Assembly: GCA_045613785.1 (NCBI GenBank)
Contig: JAZLBQ010000004.1
Span: 74,039 to 138,038, forward strand
From: Candidatus Enterousia sp.
Lineage (GTDB): Bacteria; Pseudomonadota; Alphaproteobacteria; Rs-D84
Direction: 5' to 3'
DNA length: 64,000 bases
A program made the translations under genes and the position numbers. Below, piece after piece: positions 47,794 to 56,584 of this stretch. The notes beneath the pieces were generated by a model. It had not been told where the DNA came from. It made no database searches and saw only the letters and a list, made by a program, of their open reading frames with translations. Positions within the stretch are counted from its first letter, which is position 1, and the number at the start of each line of letters is the position of its first letter.

Positions 47794-48386
47794 TCTTTTG
47801 CTGCATTTATCCATTTTCTGATTTGGTGATTGGACAAATTAAATTCTTTAGCTGCTTTTGCCACAGTTTTTTTCAGTGCAAAGCAAACGATTCTACTTTT
47901 TGTTTCATCGCTGTAATTGCGTTTTTTTCTTGTTTCATAGACTTTATATTTTGCGTTCCAATTTCGTATTGTAGAATCTGGGACGTTGTATTTGCGAGCT
48001 GCTGCAACCGGGCCACGTGTCTTTGCAAAGTTCAGTATTTCCAAGATTTCGCTTTCTGACTTTTCTATGTGTTTTTTCTTTTCTTGAGGTTCTGTTTTTT
48101 TGCCTGTATAAATTTTTCTGGTTTCATTCCACTCTTGGATTGTCGCTACGTCCACGTTATAGAAACGCATAGCGTTGGTCAGACCTCGTTCTTCGGCAAA
48201 ATTCAGAATTTCAATTCGTTGTTCTTCGCTAAATTTACGCATAGGGCGTATTTCGTAAATTCGATATTTTTTATTCCAGCGGATAATAGTGCTAGATTGT
48301 AGGTTGAAATGTCGTGCAGCACCAATAGTGCCGTGTTCTTTGGCCCAATTCAAAACTATGATTTTGTATTCTTCTGTGTAAGTCAT
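47781..48386 (-). CDS. Protein of four tandem Brinker/transposase-type HTH repeats
   Basis: Four ~45-55 aa units with pattern (Y/F)(S/T)EE.(K/R)..IL.(W/F)A...G...AAR.(F/Y)N....TI..W; start set at ATG 48386 from the promoter position. Confidence 0.8.
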   Translation of the reverse strand: MTYTEEYKIIVLNWAKEHGTIGAARHFNLQSSTIIRWNKKYRIYEIRPMRKFSEEQRIEILNFAEERGLTNAMRFYNVDVATIQEWNETRKIYTGKKTEPQEKKKHIEKSESEILEILNFAKTRGPVAAARKYNVPDSTIRNWNAKYKVYETRKKRNYSDETKSRIVCFALKKTVAKAAKEFNLSNHQIRKWINAAKEKGR

Positions 48387-48392
48387 ATGCTG

Positions 48393-48421
48393 ATTATAGC
48401 ACATAATTGTTGTTTTGTCAA
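48393..48421 (-). promoter_or_regulatory. Consensus sigma70 promoter, predicted leaderless transcript
   Basis: TTGACA-17-TATAAT-6 nt-ATG; no SD. Confidence 0.8.
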
Positions 48422-48474
48422 CTTTTGAAAACAGTCTTATGTCCAAAATGTATCAGATGTGATATGTTTGCAAT

Positions 48475-48774
48475 ATGTCAAATGAAGTCCAATATTTTTT
48501 GTCAGAAAGCAAAGATGGTTTTGATGCGATTTATAATGGTCAAAAGGTCGGCGAAATCACCTTTGTTCGTGTTGGTTCGGATAAATTGCTAATTGATTAT
48601 ACAAGTGTTGATCCAAACTATCGTCATCGCAATATTGGTTTAACGCTAGTTCGAAATGTAGCAAATATGGCACGAAATCAACATCGGCATATAATAACAT
48701 TATGTCCGTTTGCACGTGCGATGTTTAATCGTTTTCCTGAATTTGATGATGTCCGTTTAATGAATGCGCATTAA
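48475..48774 (+). CDS. GNAT N-acetyltransferase (YjdJ-like)
   Basis: GEITF, IDYTSVDPNYRHRNIG, LCPFA. Confidence 0.88.
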   Translation: MSNEVQYFLSESKDGFDAIYNGQKVGEITFVRVGSDKLLIDYTSVDPNYRHRNIGLTLVRNVANMARNQHRHIITLCPFARAMFNRFPEFDDVRLMNAH

Positions 48775-48842
48775 ATTTGCCATTGCATAGATTGCGTAAT
48801 TTTATTAGTATCTCAAATTGTGAAATCAAAGGGAAAGGGATT

Positions 48843-50222
48843 ATGCGTAAATTATCACGTTCTGCGTTAGTGTTTTTAGTTTTTCTGAACGGTTATGTCA
48901 GTTTATCGTTGGAATTGCTTGTTTTGCGTCAGTTGTCGTTCTATGTTGGCAGCAGTGCAGTTATCACCAGCATCATAATGGCAATATTTTTAGGCTTTAT
49001 GTCATTGGGCTATTTTATCGGAGAGTCTCAGCGAATTGACGAAAAAAAAATCGGTTCGATATTGAATTTTAGTTTCTTGGTCATTGCAGGTCTTTCTGTA
49101 TGTGCGGCCAGTTTCCCATTGATTACAAAATATTTCACTTGGTTATATGTTGGCGGTATAACATCTGGTGCGATACAAACGTTTATATATTCGCTGGTGT
49201 TCTTGTCTGCTGGTCCGTTTTTATTTGGTTTTAATACAACACTGTTATCACGGCAACTGCATGCATATAACAAGAACTGCACAGGCAACATAATGGCGTG
49301 GGACACGATTGGATCTGTTTTTGGTTCTATTGCTACAACGTTGCTTTTAATGCCTTTGATGGGGGTAAATTACACGGTTGTTTTAATAACACTGATGGCG
49401 GTATTTGGTGCACTTATATTACGTCGTCGTTGGTGGGTTTGGATTGTTTGTGCGTTGATTTTTGCAGCATCTTGCTTTATCAACAGTAATAAATATCAGT
49501 TAAAAAAACTGGGGATTTTAGTAAATAATGCAAATTCAACGATTGTTGTTTCAGAAATAGGCTCTACCCGTATTTTGAATATGAATGGTCTGCCGATGTC
49601 TGTGTATAACACGGCAAATGGTTCTGTTGCAGAATACGTTGATTATTTGAATCAAAATTTCATTTACACAATGCCCAAGAACAAAACACATAAAGTATTG
49701 GTCTTGGGGGCAGGGGGCTTTACGCTGGGTTTAAATGACGACCGTAATGATTATACTTTTGTTGATATCGAGCATACATTGAAAGATGTTTCAGAACGTC
49801 ATTTTCTGGGACATCCCCTACAAGACAATAAAAAGTTCGTTGTGGCTGATGCCAGTCAGTATTTGAAAAATACAGAAGAACAATATGATTTTATATTGCT
49901 GGACGTATATTCGAACTCGTATCAAGTTCCCGAAGATTTAATAACTGTTGAATTTATGCAGCGGATTAAATCACGTGTTGCTCCAAATGGTATAATTGCA
50001 ATGAATATTGTTGTTGCACCAGAATTTAGCGATAAATATTCCAGGGTTTTTGATAATACGTTTAATGCGGTATTTCCGTATAATACCACTCGTCAGGTTC
50101 TAGGCGATTTTAATCCGTGGCATAACACGTATGGGCCATCAAATGTCTTGTATATATATTACAATATTGAAAACGATGGGCGTATATATACGATAAACAA
50201 GACACCAGTGATATACGATTAA
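48843..50222 (+). CDS. Fused multi-TM / spermidine-synthase-like SAM-dependent transferase
   Basis: About 7 TM (SLELLVLRQL, TIGSVFGS) plus VLVLGAGG, VDIE, DASQYL, YDFILLDVY. Confidence 0.85.
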   Translation: MRKLSRSALVFLVFLNGYVSLSLELLVLRQLSFYVGSSAVITSIIMAIFLGFMSLGYFIGESQRIDEKKIGSILNFSFLVIAGLSVCAASFPLITKYFTWLYVGGITSGAIQTFIYSLVFLSAGPFLFGFNTTLLSRQLHAYNKNCTGNIMAWDTIGSVFGSIATTLLLMPLMGVNYTVVLITLMAVFGALILRRRWWVWIVCALIFAASCFINSNKYQLKKLGILVNNANSTIVVSEIGSTRILNMNGLPMSVYNTANGSVAEYVDYLNQNFIYTMPKNKTHKVLVLGAGGFTLGLNDDRNDYTFVDIEHTLKDVSERHFLGHPLQDNKKFVVADASQYLKNTEEQYDFILLDVYSNSYQVPEDLITVEFMQRIKSRVAPNGIIAMNIVVAPEFSDKYSRVFDNTFNAVFPYNTTRQVLGDFNPWHNTYGPSNVLYIYYNIENDGRIYTINKTPVIYD

Positions 50223-50247
50223 AAAAACGGGATATTCCCGTTTTTTT
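50221..50247. terminator. Bidirectional terminator
   Basis: AAAAACGGGA-TAT-TCCCGTTTTT. Confidence 0.8.
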
Positions 50248-50833
50248 ATTGATTTAAGTTCTCGGACACAAAGTTCCAATTTACCAGATTGTCCAGGAAC
50301 GAATCGACAAAGTCTGCACGCTTGTTTTTATAGTCCAGATAATATGCGTGTTCCCATACGTCCAGGTTCAACAGTGGTTTCATATTGTTTGTAATTGGTG
50401 TTTCAGCATTTTTAGTGTTTATTATTTTTATCTCTTTACCATCACGCACCAGCCACGTATATCCGCTACCGAACAGATTGGTTGCGGCATCTTTGAATTG
50501 TTTTTTAAAGCTTTCGGCACTGCCAAACTGTTGGATTATTTCGTCAGGGATTTGTGTTGCACAGTTTGGGCACATGCCGCTAAAAAAGAATTGGTGGTTG
50601 TATATTTGTGCAGCGTTATTAAAAATTTTTTCTTGCTCAGGCTTTTTTGCGGACTCTTGGATAATTTGCACCAAAGAGACATTTTCATAAGGCGTATTTT
50701 CAATAAGTTTATTCAAGTTATCGATATATGTTTTTACGTGTTTTCCGTGATGTGTCTGAATAGTTTCCTGAGAAATATAAGGTGCCAATGCATTTGTTTC
50801 GTATGGCAATGGGAATTGATTTAAATCAAACAT
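50246..50833 (-). CDS. sodB: Superoxide dismutase (Fe/Mn family, likely Fe)
   Basis: HHGKH, FNNAAQIYNH, FGSGYTW, DVWEHAYY. Confidence 0.95.
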   Translation of the reverse strand: MFDLNQFPLPYETNALAPYISQETIQTHHGKHVKTYIDNLNKLIENTPYENVSLVQIIQESAKKPEQEKIFNNAAQIYNHQFFFSGMCPNCATQIPDEIIQQFGSAESFKKQFKDAATNLFGSGYTWLVRDGKEIKIINTKNAETPITNNMKPLLNLDVWEHAYYLDYKNKRADFVDSFLDNLVNWNFVSENLNQ

Positions 50834-50964
50834 AAATTACCTCCTTTGACATATGTAATGATGTGGATTCTGGTTAAAAATAACAACAGGAAATAATTAT
50901 TAAAAAGCACTTGCACCACGATTAAAATATTTTCTATAATCGGAACATCGAAAGGAGTAAACAA

Positions 50965-51555
50965 ATGAAAAAAACAACATTTTTATCAGCTATCTTAGGT
51001 TTGGCTTTCATTGGCAATGCGTCTGCTGCAGACATCACAATTTATCATTCTCCACACTGTCCACATTGTCATCATGCACGTGAATTTATTTCCAGCACAT
51101 TGATTTATGAATATCCAGAATTAAAGGTTACAGAAGTAAACGTTATGGAACCAGCAAATTCTGAAAAATTTCAGGCTGCTTTAACAGAATGTAAATTCGA
51201 CAACGGTGGTGTTCCTGTAATTGTAATTGGCGACAAATGCGAACAGGGTTATGCAGACTTTATGCAAGACACATTGCGTCAGCATATCGAAGTAGATTTG
51301 TCAGAAGAACAAAAGGCTGCTGCTGCTGAAAACAAGAAAGCAATGTCCGAAGACGCAGAAAAGTTCAAAGCAGAACATGCCGACCGTGTAAACGCAATTA
51401 CAGAATATGCGGCCTCTGCCGAAGCGGTTGCAGAACCAGAAGTTGCCGAAACTGAAAAAAAAAGTGAAGGCAGCGTAGTTTGGTTCTGGGGTCTGTTGAT
51501 TGTCTTGGTTGCAGGATTGGGCTATGTCTTGGTTCGCAAAGACAAACGTAAATAA
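50965..51555 (+). CDS. Exported glutaredoxin/thioredoxin-fold protein with C-terminal membrane anchor
   Basis: Signal peptide, CPHC active site, GVPVIVIG cis-Pro motif, C-terminal TM plus RKDKRK. Confidence 0.85.
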   Translation: MKKTTFLSAILGLAFIGNASAADITIYHSPHCPHCHHAREFISSTLIYEYPELKVTEVNVMEPANSEKFQAALTECKFDNGGVPVIVIGDKCEQGYADFMQDTLRQHIEVDLSEEQKAAAAENKKAMSEDAEKFKAEHADRVNAITEYAASAEAVAEPEVAETEKKSEGSVVWFWGLLIVLVAGLGYVLVRKDKRK

Positions 51556-51585
51556 AAATATAACTAGGTTATAATCGGAACAGAT

Positions 51586-52350
51586 ATGTTTGATTTAACA
51601 ACACTTGATTATATTTATGTTGCTGTGATATTGGCATCGACCGTCTGGGCAACAATTCGTGGTGGCGTGTATGAAACGATTGCAACGCTATCTTGGGTTG
51701 TTGCGGCGGTCACAGCCAGATTTGCATCACCATGGTTGGACAGACTGTTGCAAACATGGTTTGATTTATCTGAATCGACTGTTGGCACACTGGTTGCGTC
51801 ATACTTTATTGTATTTTTTGCAATATTGATAACGGTTGGTTTTTTAAATCAAAAACTGCGTGAAAAAATTCAAGACAGCATTATGAATGTTACGGACAAA
51901 ACATTAGGTGTGATTTTTGGAATTATCCGTGGGATTGTTGTCATGGGGATATTTTATTGGGGTGCGTTGTGGTATTATTCAGACACACCATTTTTACCAC
52001 AATGGTTATCCCAGGCACGCACACGCCCAATAATGCAAATCACAGCATTAAAACTGGACGACTGGTTTTTTCCGGGTCCTGAAAACAAATTATTGGCACG
52101 TGATATTGCAGGCACACATCAGGCGATTGAAATATATAATAATCTGATAAATCCGGCTATATCATCTGGCCAAGATGCGAAAAATACAGAATCTGATACA
52201 GGTGTTTCAACTGATGCATCTTCAGAAGAAACTGGCTATAAATCATCAGAACGTGCAGCGTTGGAAAATCAATTGTTGCAAATAGAAACGGTTGCTCGTG
52301 CTGTTGAACAGCGAGAATCTGATGAAACTAAAAATTCTGTTGCTGAATAA
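51586..52350 (+). CDS. cvpA: CvpA family membrane protein
   Basis: IRGGVYE, DKTLGVIFGIIRG, four TM helices. Confidence 0.88.
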   Translation: MFDLTTLDYIYVAVILASTVWATIRGGVYETIATLSWVVAAVTARFASPWLDRLLQTWFDLSESTVGTLVASYFIVFFAILITVGFLNQKLREKIQDSIMNVTDKTLGVIFGIIRGIVVMGIFYWGALWYYSDTPFLPQWLSQARTRPIMQITALKLDDWFFPGPENKLLARDIAGTHQAIEIYNNLINPAISSGQDAKNTESDTGVSTDASSEETGYKSSERAALENQLLQIETVARAVEQRESDETKNSVAE

Positions 52351-52374
52351 AAGTCGCCCAATTGGGCGATTTTT
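52349..52374 (+). terminator. Intrinsic terminator
   Basis: GTCGCCC-AATT-GGGCGAT followed by T tract. Confidence 0.7.
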
Positions 52375-52455
52375 ATTTTCTTGGAATTCATACCTGGTGT
52401 GTTGTTTGTAGATTTATTGTATCCTTTGGTTGTATTTATAACCAAAGGATAAAAA

Positions 52456-52977
52456 ATGTTATTAAAGTCAAAAATTTGTTTTACTGCGGTTGTTATTTAT
52501 GAAATCATCGCAGTGTCTGTTTTACATTTTCAGCGTTTATGTGATGCGATGTTTCCGACACCTTTTTGTGACAGTTGGTATCGTTATTTTCTGTTTTGTA
52601 TAATTGTGCCATTGGTTGGGATACTGATATGGATGTGGATAAGTGAATTTATTCGTCTGCATCGTCGTCGCAAATTTATCCGTCGTGCAAAAAATACGGT
52701 GTCTGGGATAGTATCCAGCGTTCGTGGCAAGATATCCGAACATTTTGATTCTCAAGATTTAGAAAGGATAATAACGGCGGCGGTTTTAATTGGAATCAAG
52801 CGGTATATTGATCGTCATCCAAATATTCGTCGCAATGTAAATGATGTGATTGGGTATGCAAATGGAGATATAGAAATAGATTTGATGGACGACAGCGACG
52901 AAGTTTCTGTGCCAAAGCGTCGTATCCAGGCCAAGAAAAACAATCGGTCAAAACCGACAGGCAAGAACAAGAAATAA
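52456..52977 (+). CDS. Hypothetical two-TM membrane protein
   Basis: Two hydrophobic segments flanking a Cys-pair loop, basic cytoplasmic tail; AAGGA SD. Confidence 0.75.
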   Translation: MLLKSKICFTAVVIYEIIAVSVLHFQRLCDAMFPTPFCDSWYRYFLFCIIVPLVGILIWMWISEFIRLHRRRKFIRRAKNTVSGIVSSVRGKISEHFDSQDLERIITAAVLIGIKRYIDRHPNIRRNVNDVIGYANGDIEIDLMDDSDEVSVPKRRIQAKKNNRSKPTGKNKK

Positions 52978-53004
52978 AAAATCCCCCGCATGGGGGAATT
53001 TTTT
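52976..53004. terminator. Bidirectional terminator
   Basis: AAAAATCCCC-CGCAT-GGGGGAATTTTT. Confidence 0.7.
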
Positions 53005-53461
53005 AATCGATAATTTCGGCCTTGATAATTTTATCAGGATTTTCGACCCGACCATTGTCCATATCATCGCCACGTTTGATTTTATCAACGTTTTCCATGC
53101 CAGAAATAACATTTCCCCATACTGTGTATTGTCCGTCCAAGAATCTGGAATTCTGGAAACAGATAAAGAATTGCGAGTCTGCGGAATTTCTGTCTGCTGC
53201 ACGTGCCATACCGACTGTTCCACGCAGAAAAGGTTCTGCGGAAAATTCAGCGGGGATACTAACGCCACTGCGACCCATACCGTCCCCACGTGGACAGCCT
53301 GTCTGTGCCATAAATCCATCGATTACACGATGAAATTTTAATCCGTTATAGAATCCTGATTTTACCAGTTCTGAAATTCTAGCCACGTGCTTTGGTGCGA
53401 CTTCTGGCAACATTTTTATTACAACATCACCTGTTGTTAGTGTTAGTTTAAGATTTGGCAT
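53003..53461 (-). CDS. Cyclophilin-type peptidyl-prolyl cis-trans isomerase
   Basis: APKHV, FHRVIDGFMAQTG, GMARA, SADSQFFI, LDGQYTVWG. Confidence 0.95.
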   Translation of the reverse strand: MPNLKLTLTTGDVVIKMLPEVAPKHVARISELVKSGFYNGLKFHRVIDGFMAQTGCPRGDGMGRSGVSIPAEFSAEPFLRGTVGMARAADRNSADSQFFICFQNSRFLDGQYTVWGNVISGMENVDKIKRGDDMDNGRVENPDKIIKAEIID

Positions 53462-53481
53462 GTTTTATCCTTTTGTTTGTT

Positions 53482-55647
53482 TTAAAATCTTGTATCAATC
53501 AGAAAATTAGGGTTTTGAATTAGTTCACCCTTTGCAATCTGTTGATTGATTTTTTCTTGTTGAATTCTTCGTTGTTCGATGACGCTAATGCCATTTAGCA
53601 GTGCGTTTTGATTCATTTTTTTCAACAGTGAATCCATGTTCCCGGTTATATGTGCATTGGGGTGCGTTTTTATCTCTGTGACTTCACTTAAATCCGTCCC
53701 GGTTAAATCAATCGCTGGGACATTAGAAAAGTCCAAAACGCCACGCAGTCCCGTTACATTTTTCAATTCAACTTGTGATGCATTAGGGTTTGTTTTGATG
53801 CTTGCATCGCCCGACAATTTAACGTCACACATTCGCAATAAATCAACATTGCTTGCATCGATTACACCATGAATATTGATAACGTCAAGTATAATAACCG
53901 ATTTTGCATTTGGGTTCAGTTTTAATTGCTTTATTCCGATAATATTGTTCAGAAATATATCTCTTACTCCACTCAGATCCAGAACCTTGTCCGCAAAGAA
54001 AGTTGTCTTATTATGTCCTCTTCTGAATTGCAGATGAATTTTGTATGCTTTTGGATTTAGTTTCAGTTCCGTCACTTTTTTCAGGTTTACATCATCAAAA
54101 ACAAGATTTTCGACCCCACTAAAGTCCAATTGTCCCTGCATACCTTTGACGGTTTCAAAGTGAACGTGTTCTGCCTGTTTTATTTCTATGCGTGCTTCTG
54201 GTGCCACTGTAAGTTCACGCAACGTCAGTTTTTCGATGTGTTGCAATAAAATGTCGCTTTTTAACAGAACAGATGCCAGTGATATTTCGTATGGTCTTGG
54301 GTTAAATTTTGTATTTTCAAGTATTACTTCTGGAACGTTTATGTTGTATCCCGCAGACAAATTCAGTTTTTTTACCCCACTAAAATCGAATGATTGCCTT
54401 TCGTTTAATTGCACGTCTTGCAGTGATATTTCATAGGCATTTGGGTTCAGAATCATTTTTTCAGCGGTCATATTTGTGGTAATCAACCTTTTGACGTTTC
54501 CGAAATTAAATGTCCGTCGCCTGTTCATATTCATAAACCCTGATACCTGAATTTCCTCGGCATTTGGGTTAAATATTATATCGTGACCGGCTTTTGCGAA
54601 ATTGGCCTCCGTAATTTTTAATCTTTTTACCCGACTGAAATCCAATGGACCACGCAGTTTTTTGAAACCGTCCAGATTTATTTCTTCGGCATCTGGTGTA
54701 TTTACATAGACGATTTCCCCATTTTTGACTTCGATTACAGTTTTTCCATCTGCGACCAGGCTTTTACTGCCGTCCAGGTTGTTTGCAATCTGGATTTTTT
54801 TACCACGTATAGCATCTTCGACAAAGCGTCCATCAGGTTCATCTGCTGCAATATTTTGGGCTTGCTTAGTTTGCAGATTCAGTATTATTCCACGTCCCAA
54901 CATCATTTCGTATTGGGTGTTAAGTCGTGTAATAACGCCATCCTTGGCAAAGAAATCACTGCCGAAGTAAATATTATTTATTTCAGAATTATAACGGCAG
55001 ATTTGATTGTTTATCATTACAAAGCCACGTGGCAAAGCGACATTTCCTGCTGAAAAATCGACATCGAAATAGTGTTTTATTGCATCGGACAGCCCTGGGA
55101 TAATATTGTCAGGATTTGAATTAAAGGTATTATCTGGGTTTTCAACTGTGTGATTGTATCGATTTTTTATACTGATGAATCCGCCATCTTTCAAGACCTG
55201 GATTGAAATAACCGAAGTTCCATATTCGTCTTCACGTTTTGGGTCGTCAAAGTCCGCACGATTTAAATTTTTGGCATTTTCATGAACTGCATTGATTATG
55301 TAGTAATTTTCATATCGATAAGGGTCATTAAAAGTGCACAGTTCTTCGCCTCTAACAAAGTATTTTTTTATTTCATTTTGTTTTTGCAGTGTATCAGCAA
55401 CGTATGCGTCATAGCCTGCTTTTTTCAGCAGCATAATAGGATCCATATGCACAGCCATTTCTTCGATACGCACCTGTTTTAGCGACACCAGATAGTTCAT
55501 AATAGGTTCGGCTTCACGTCCTGCATATTTTACAATTTTATCAATATTTGAGATATCAAAAATACCGTTATCATAGTTTCGAATTGCCTTAGCAAATCGT
55601 TCGCCGTTTTGTTTTTTGATAATCTCATACATACTTTTTGGAGCCAT
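53482..55647 (-). CDS. Hypothetical protein: globular N-terminal domain plus atypical leucine-rich repeats
   Basis: About seven (F/L/T)NPNA..I.L...(L/F)DFS.V..L units in the C-terminal half; start at ATG 55647 after AAGGA. Confidence 0.8.
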   Translation of the reverse strand: MAPKSMYEIIKKQNGERFAKAIRNYDNGIFDISNIDKIVKYAGREAEPIMNYLVSLKQVRIEEMAVHMDPIMLLKKAGYDAYVADTLQKQNEIKKYFVRGEELCTFNDPYRYENYYIINAVHENAKNLNRADFDDPKREDEYGTSVISIQVLKDGGFISIKNRYNHTVENPDNTFNSNPDNIIPGLSDAIKHYFDVDFSAGNVALPRGFVMINNQICRYNSEINNIYFGSDFFAKDGVITRLNTQYEMMLGRGIILNLQTKQAQNIAADEPDGRFVEDAIRGKKIQIANNLDGSKSLVADGKTVIEVKNGEIVYVNTPDAEEINLDGFKKLRGPLDFSRVKRLKITEANFAKAGHDIIFNPNAEEIQVSGFMNMNRRRTFNFGNVKRLITTNMTAEKMILNPNAYEISLQDVQLNERQSFDFSGVKKLNLSAGYNINVPEVILENTKFNPRPYEISLASVLLKSDILLQHIEKLTLRELTVAPEARIEIKQAEHVHFETVKGMQGQLDFSGVENLVFDDVNLKKVTELKLNPKAYKIHLQFRRGHNKTTFFADKVLDLSGVRDIFLNNIIGIKQLKLNPNAKSVIILDVINIHGVIDASNVDLLRMCDVKLSGDASIKTNPNASQVELKNVTGLRGVLDFSNVPAIDLTGTDLSEVTEIKTHPNAHITGNMDSLLKKMNQNALLNGISVIEQRRIQQEKINQQIAKGELIQNPNFLIDTRF

Positions 55648-55774
55648 ACAAAAATCCTTACTTCCAAGCAATTATAGCACAAAAGGCAGAATTTTTAAAT
55701 TTATATATGACTTGACCAATTTTGTCCGACGAATGTTTTATTATAGAATCAAACGCCAACCAAAGGAGTCAAAA

Positions 55775-55954
55775 ATGGCAATCGGCACGGCCACGCAGCG
55801 TGGCAGCGTAGTTTACGTTTACGATGAAAGTGGCAGACTGAAGTTCACACAAAACGGTGAGTTGCACGGTTTTACAGGTTCGTCTGTCAGCATTCGCAAA
55901 GGAAGTATAATTTATGTTTATGATGACAGCGGTCGTTTAAGTTTTACACGATAA
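55775..55954 (+). CDS. Small beta-rich protein (59 aa) with internal duplication
   Basis: AAGGAG SD; RGSVVYVYDESGRL and KGSIIYVYDDSGRL repeats; downstream terminator 55992-56031. Confidence 0.85.
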   Translation: MAIGTATQRGSVVYVYDESGRLKFTQNGELHGFTGSSVSIRKGSIIYVYDDSGRLSFTR

Positions 55955-56090
55955 ACTGTTTCATTCTTTTATAACTTTCCTTTAATCGTTGGTCCCCTGT
56001 GGCAAAGGTCTTTTGTCTGCGGGGGATTTTTATTTTGTTTTTTCTTAAAAAATATGATAGAATACAAGAAACAAATTTATGGAGTTTAAA

Positions 56091-56438
56091 ATGGCAGAGC
56101 AAAAAACAGACATTATAAATCAACGTGTTGATGCCGCCCAGGCAGAATTACAGAAACGTGCCGCCAGGCTAACATTGTTGGTCAATCGTGCCAAGGGGAA
56201 AAATATTCCTGGTTTTAATGAAGGTGTTGAACACACTCGTGATATGATAGAAGGTCAATCTAAATTGTGCGATACACTGGTTTTTGATGCACCACGAACA
56301 CGTCTTGAACAGATGCGTAATTTGCAGTTGATGACAGGGAACATGAATGAAAGTGTTCAACAGGGGATAAAGGCAACAACAGATGCGATTGATGGTATGT
56401 TGGATACCTTGACCGCAATGGTTGAAAAGGCTCGATAA
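56091..56438 (+). CDS. Hypothetical alpha-helical protein
   Basis: GGAG SD before ATG 56091, terminator 56444-56468; no family recognised. Confidence 0.75.
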   Translation: MAEQKTDIINQRVDAAQAELQKRAARLTLLVNRAKGKNIPGFNEGVEHTRDMIEGQSKLCDTLVFDAPRTRLEQMRNLQLMTGNMNESVQQGIKATTDAIDGMLDTLTAMVEKAR

Positions 56439-56584
56439 AACATAACCGCCCATCCGGGCGGTTTTTTTAATTTGATAACAAATATTGTATTCAACTAGGT
56501 TTGTATATGAAAACGAACCTAGTTATTTTTTTTCTAACAAAGTGTATATCTAAACATACGTTAACACTACAAAAAGGAAAACGT

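Noticed and set aside
46252-48386. Mobile element inserted in or next to comM
   Set aside because: comM is intact; the HTH-repeat gene has no DDE domain, terminal inverted repeats or target duplication.
27765-56468. Recurring GCCC-N4-GGGC hairpins as a REP/MITE or DNA-uptake-sequence family
   Set aside because: They are short, variable, and located at gene ends with A/T tracts: ordinary intrinsic terminators.
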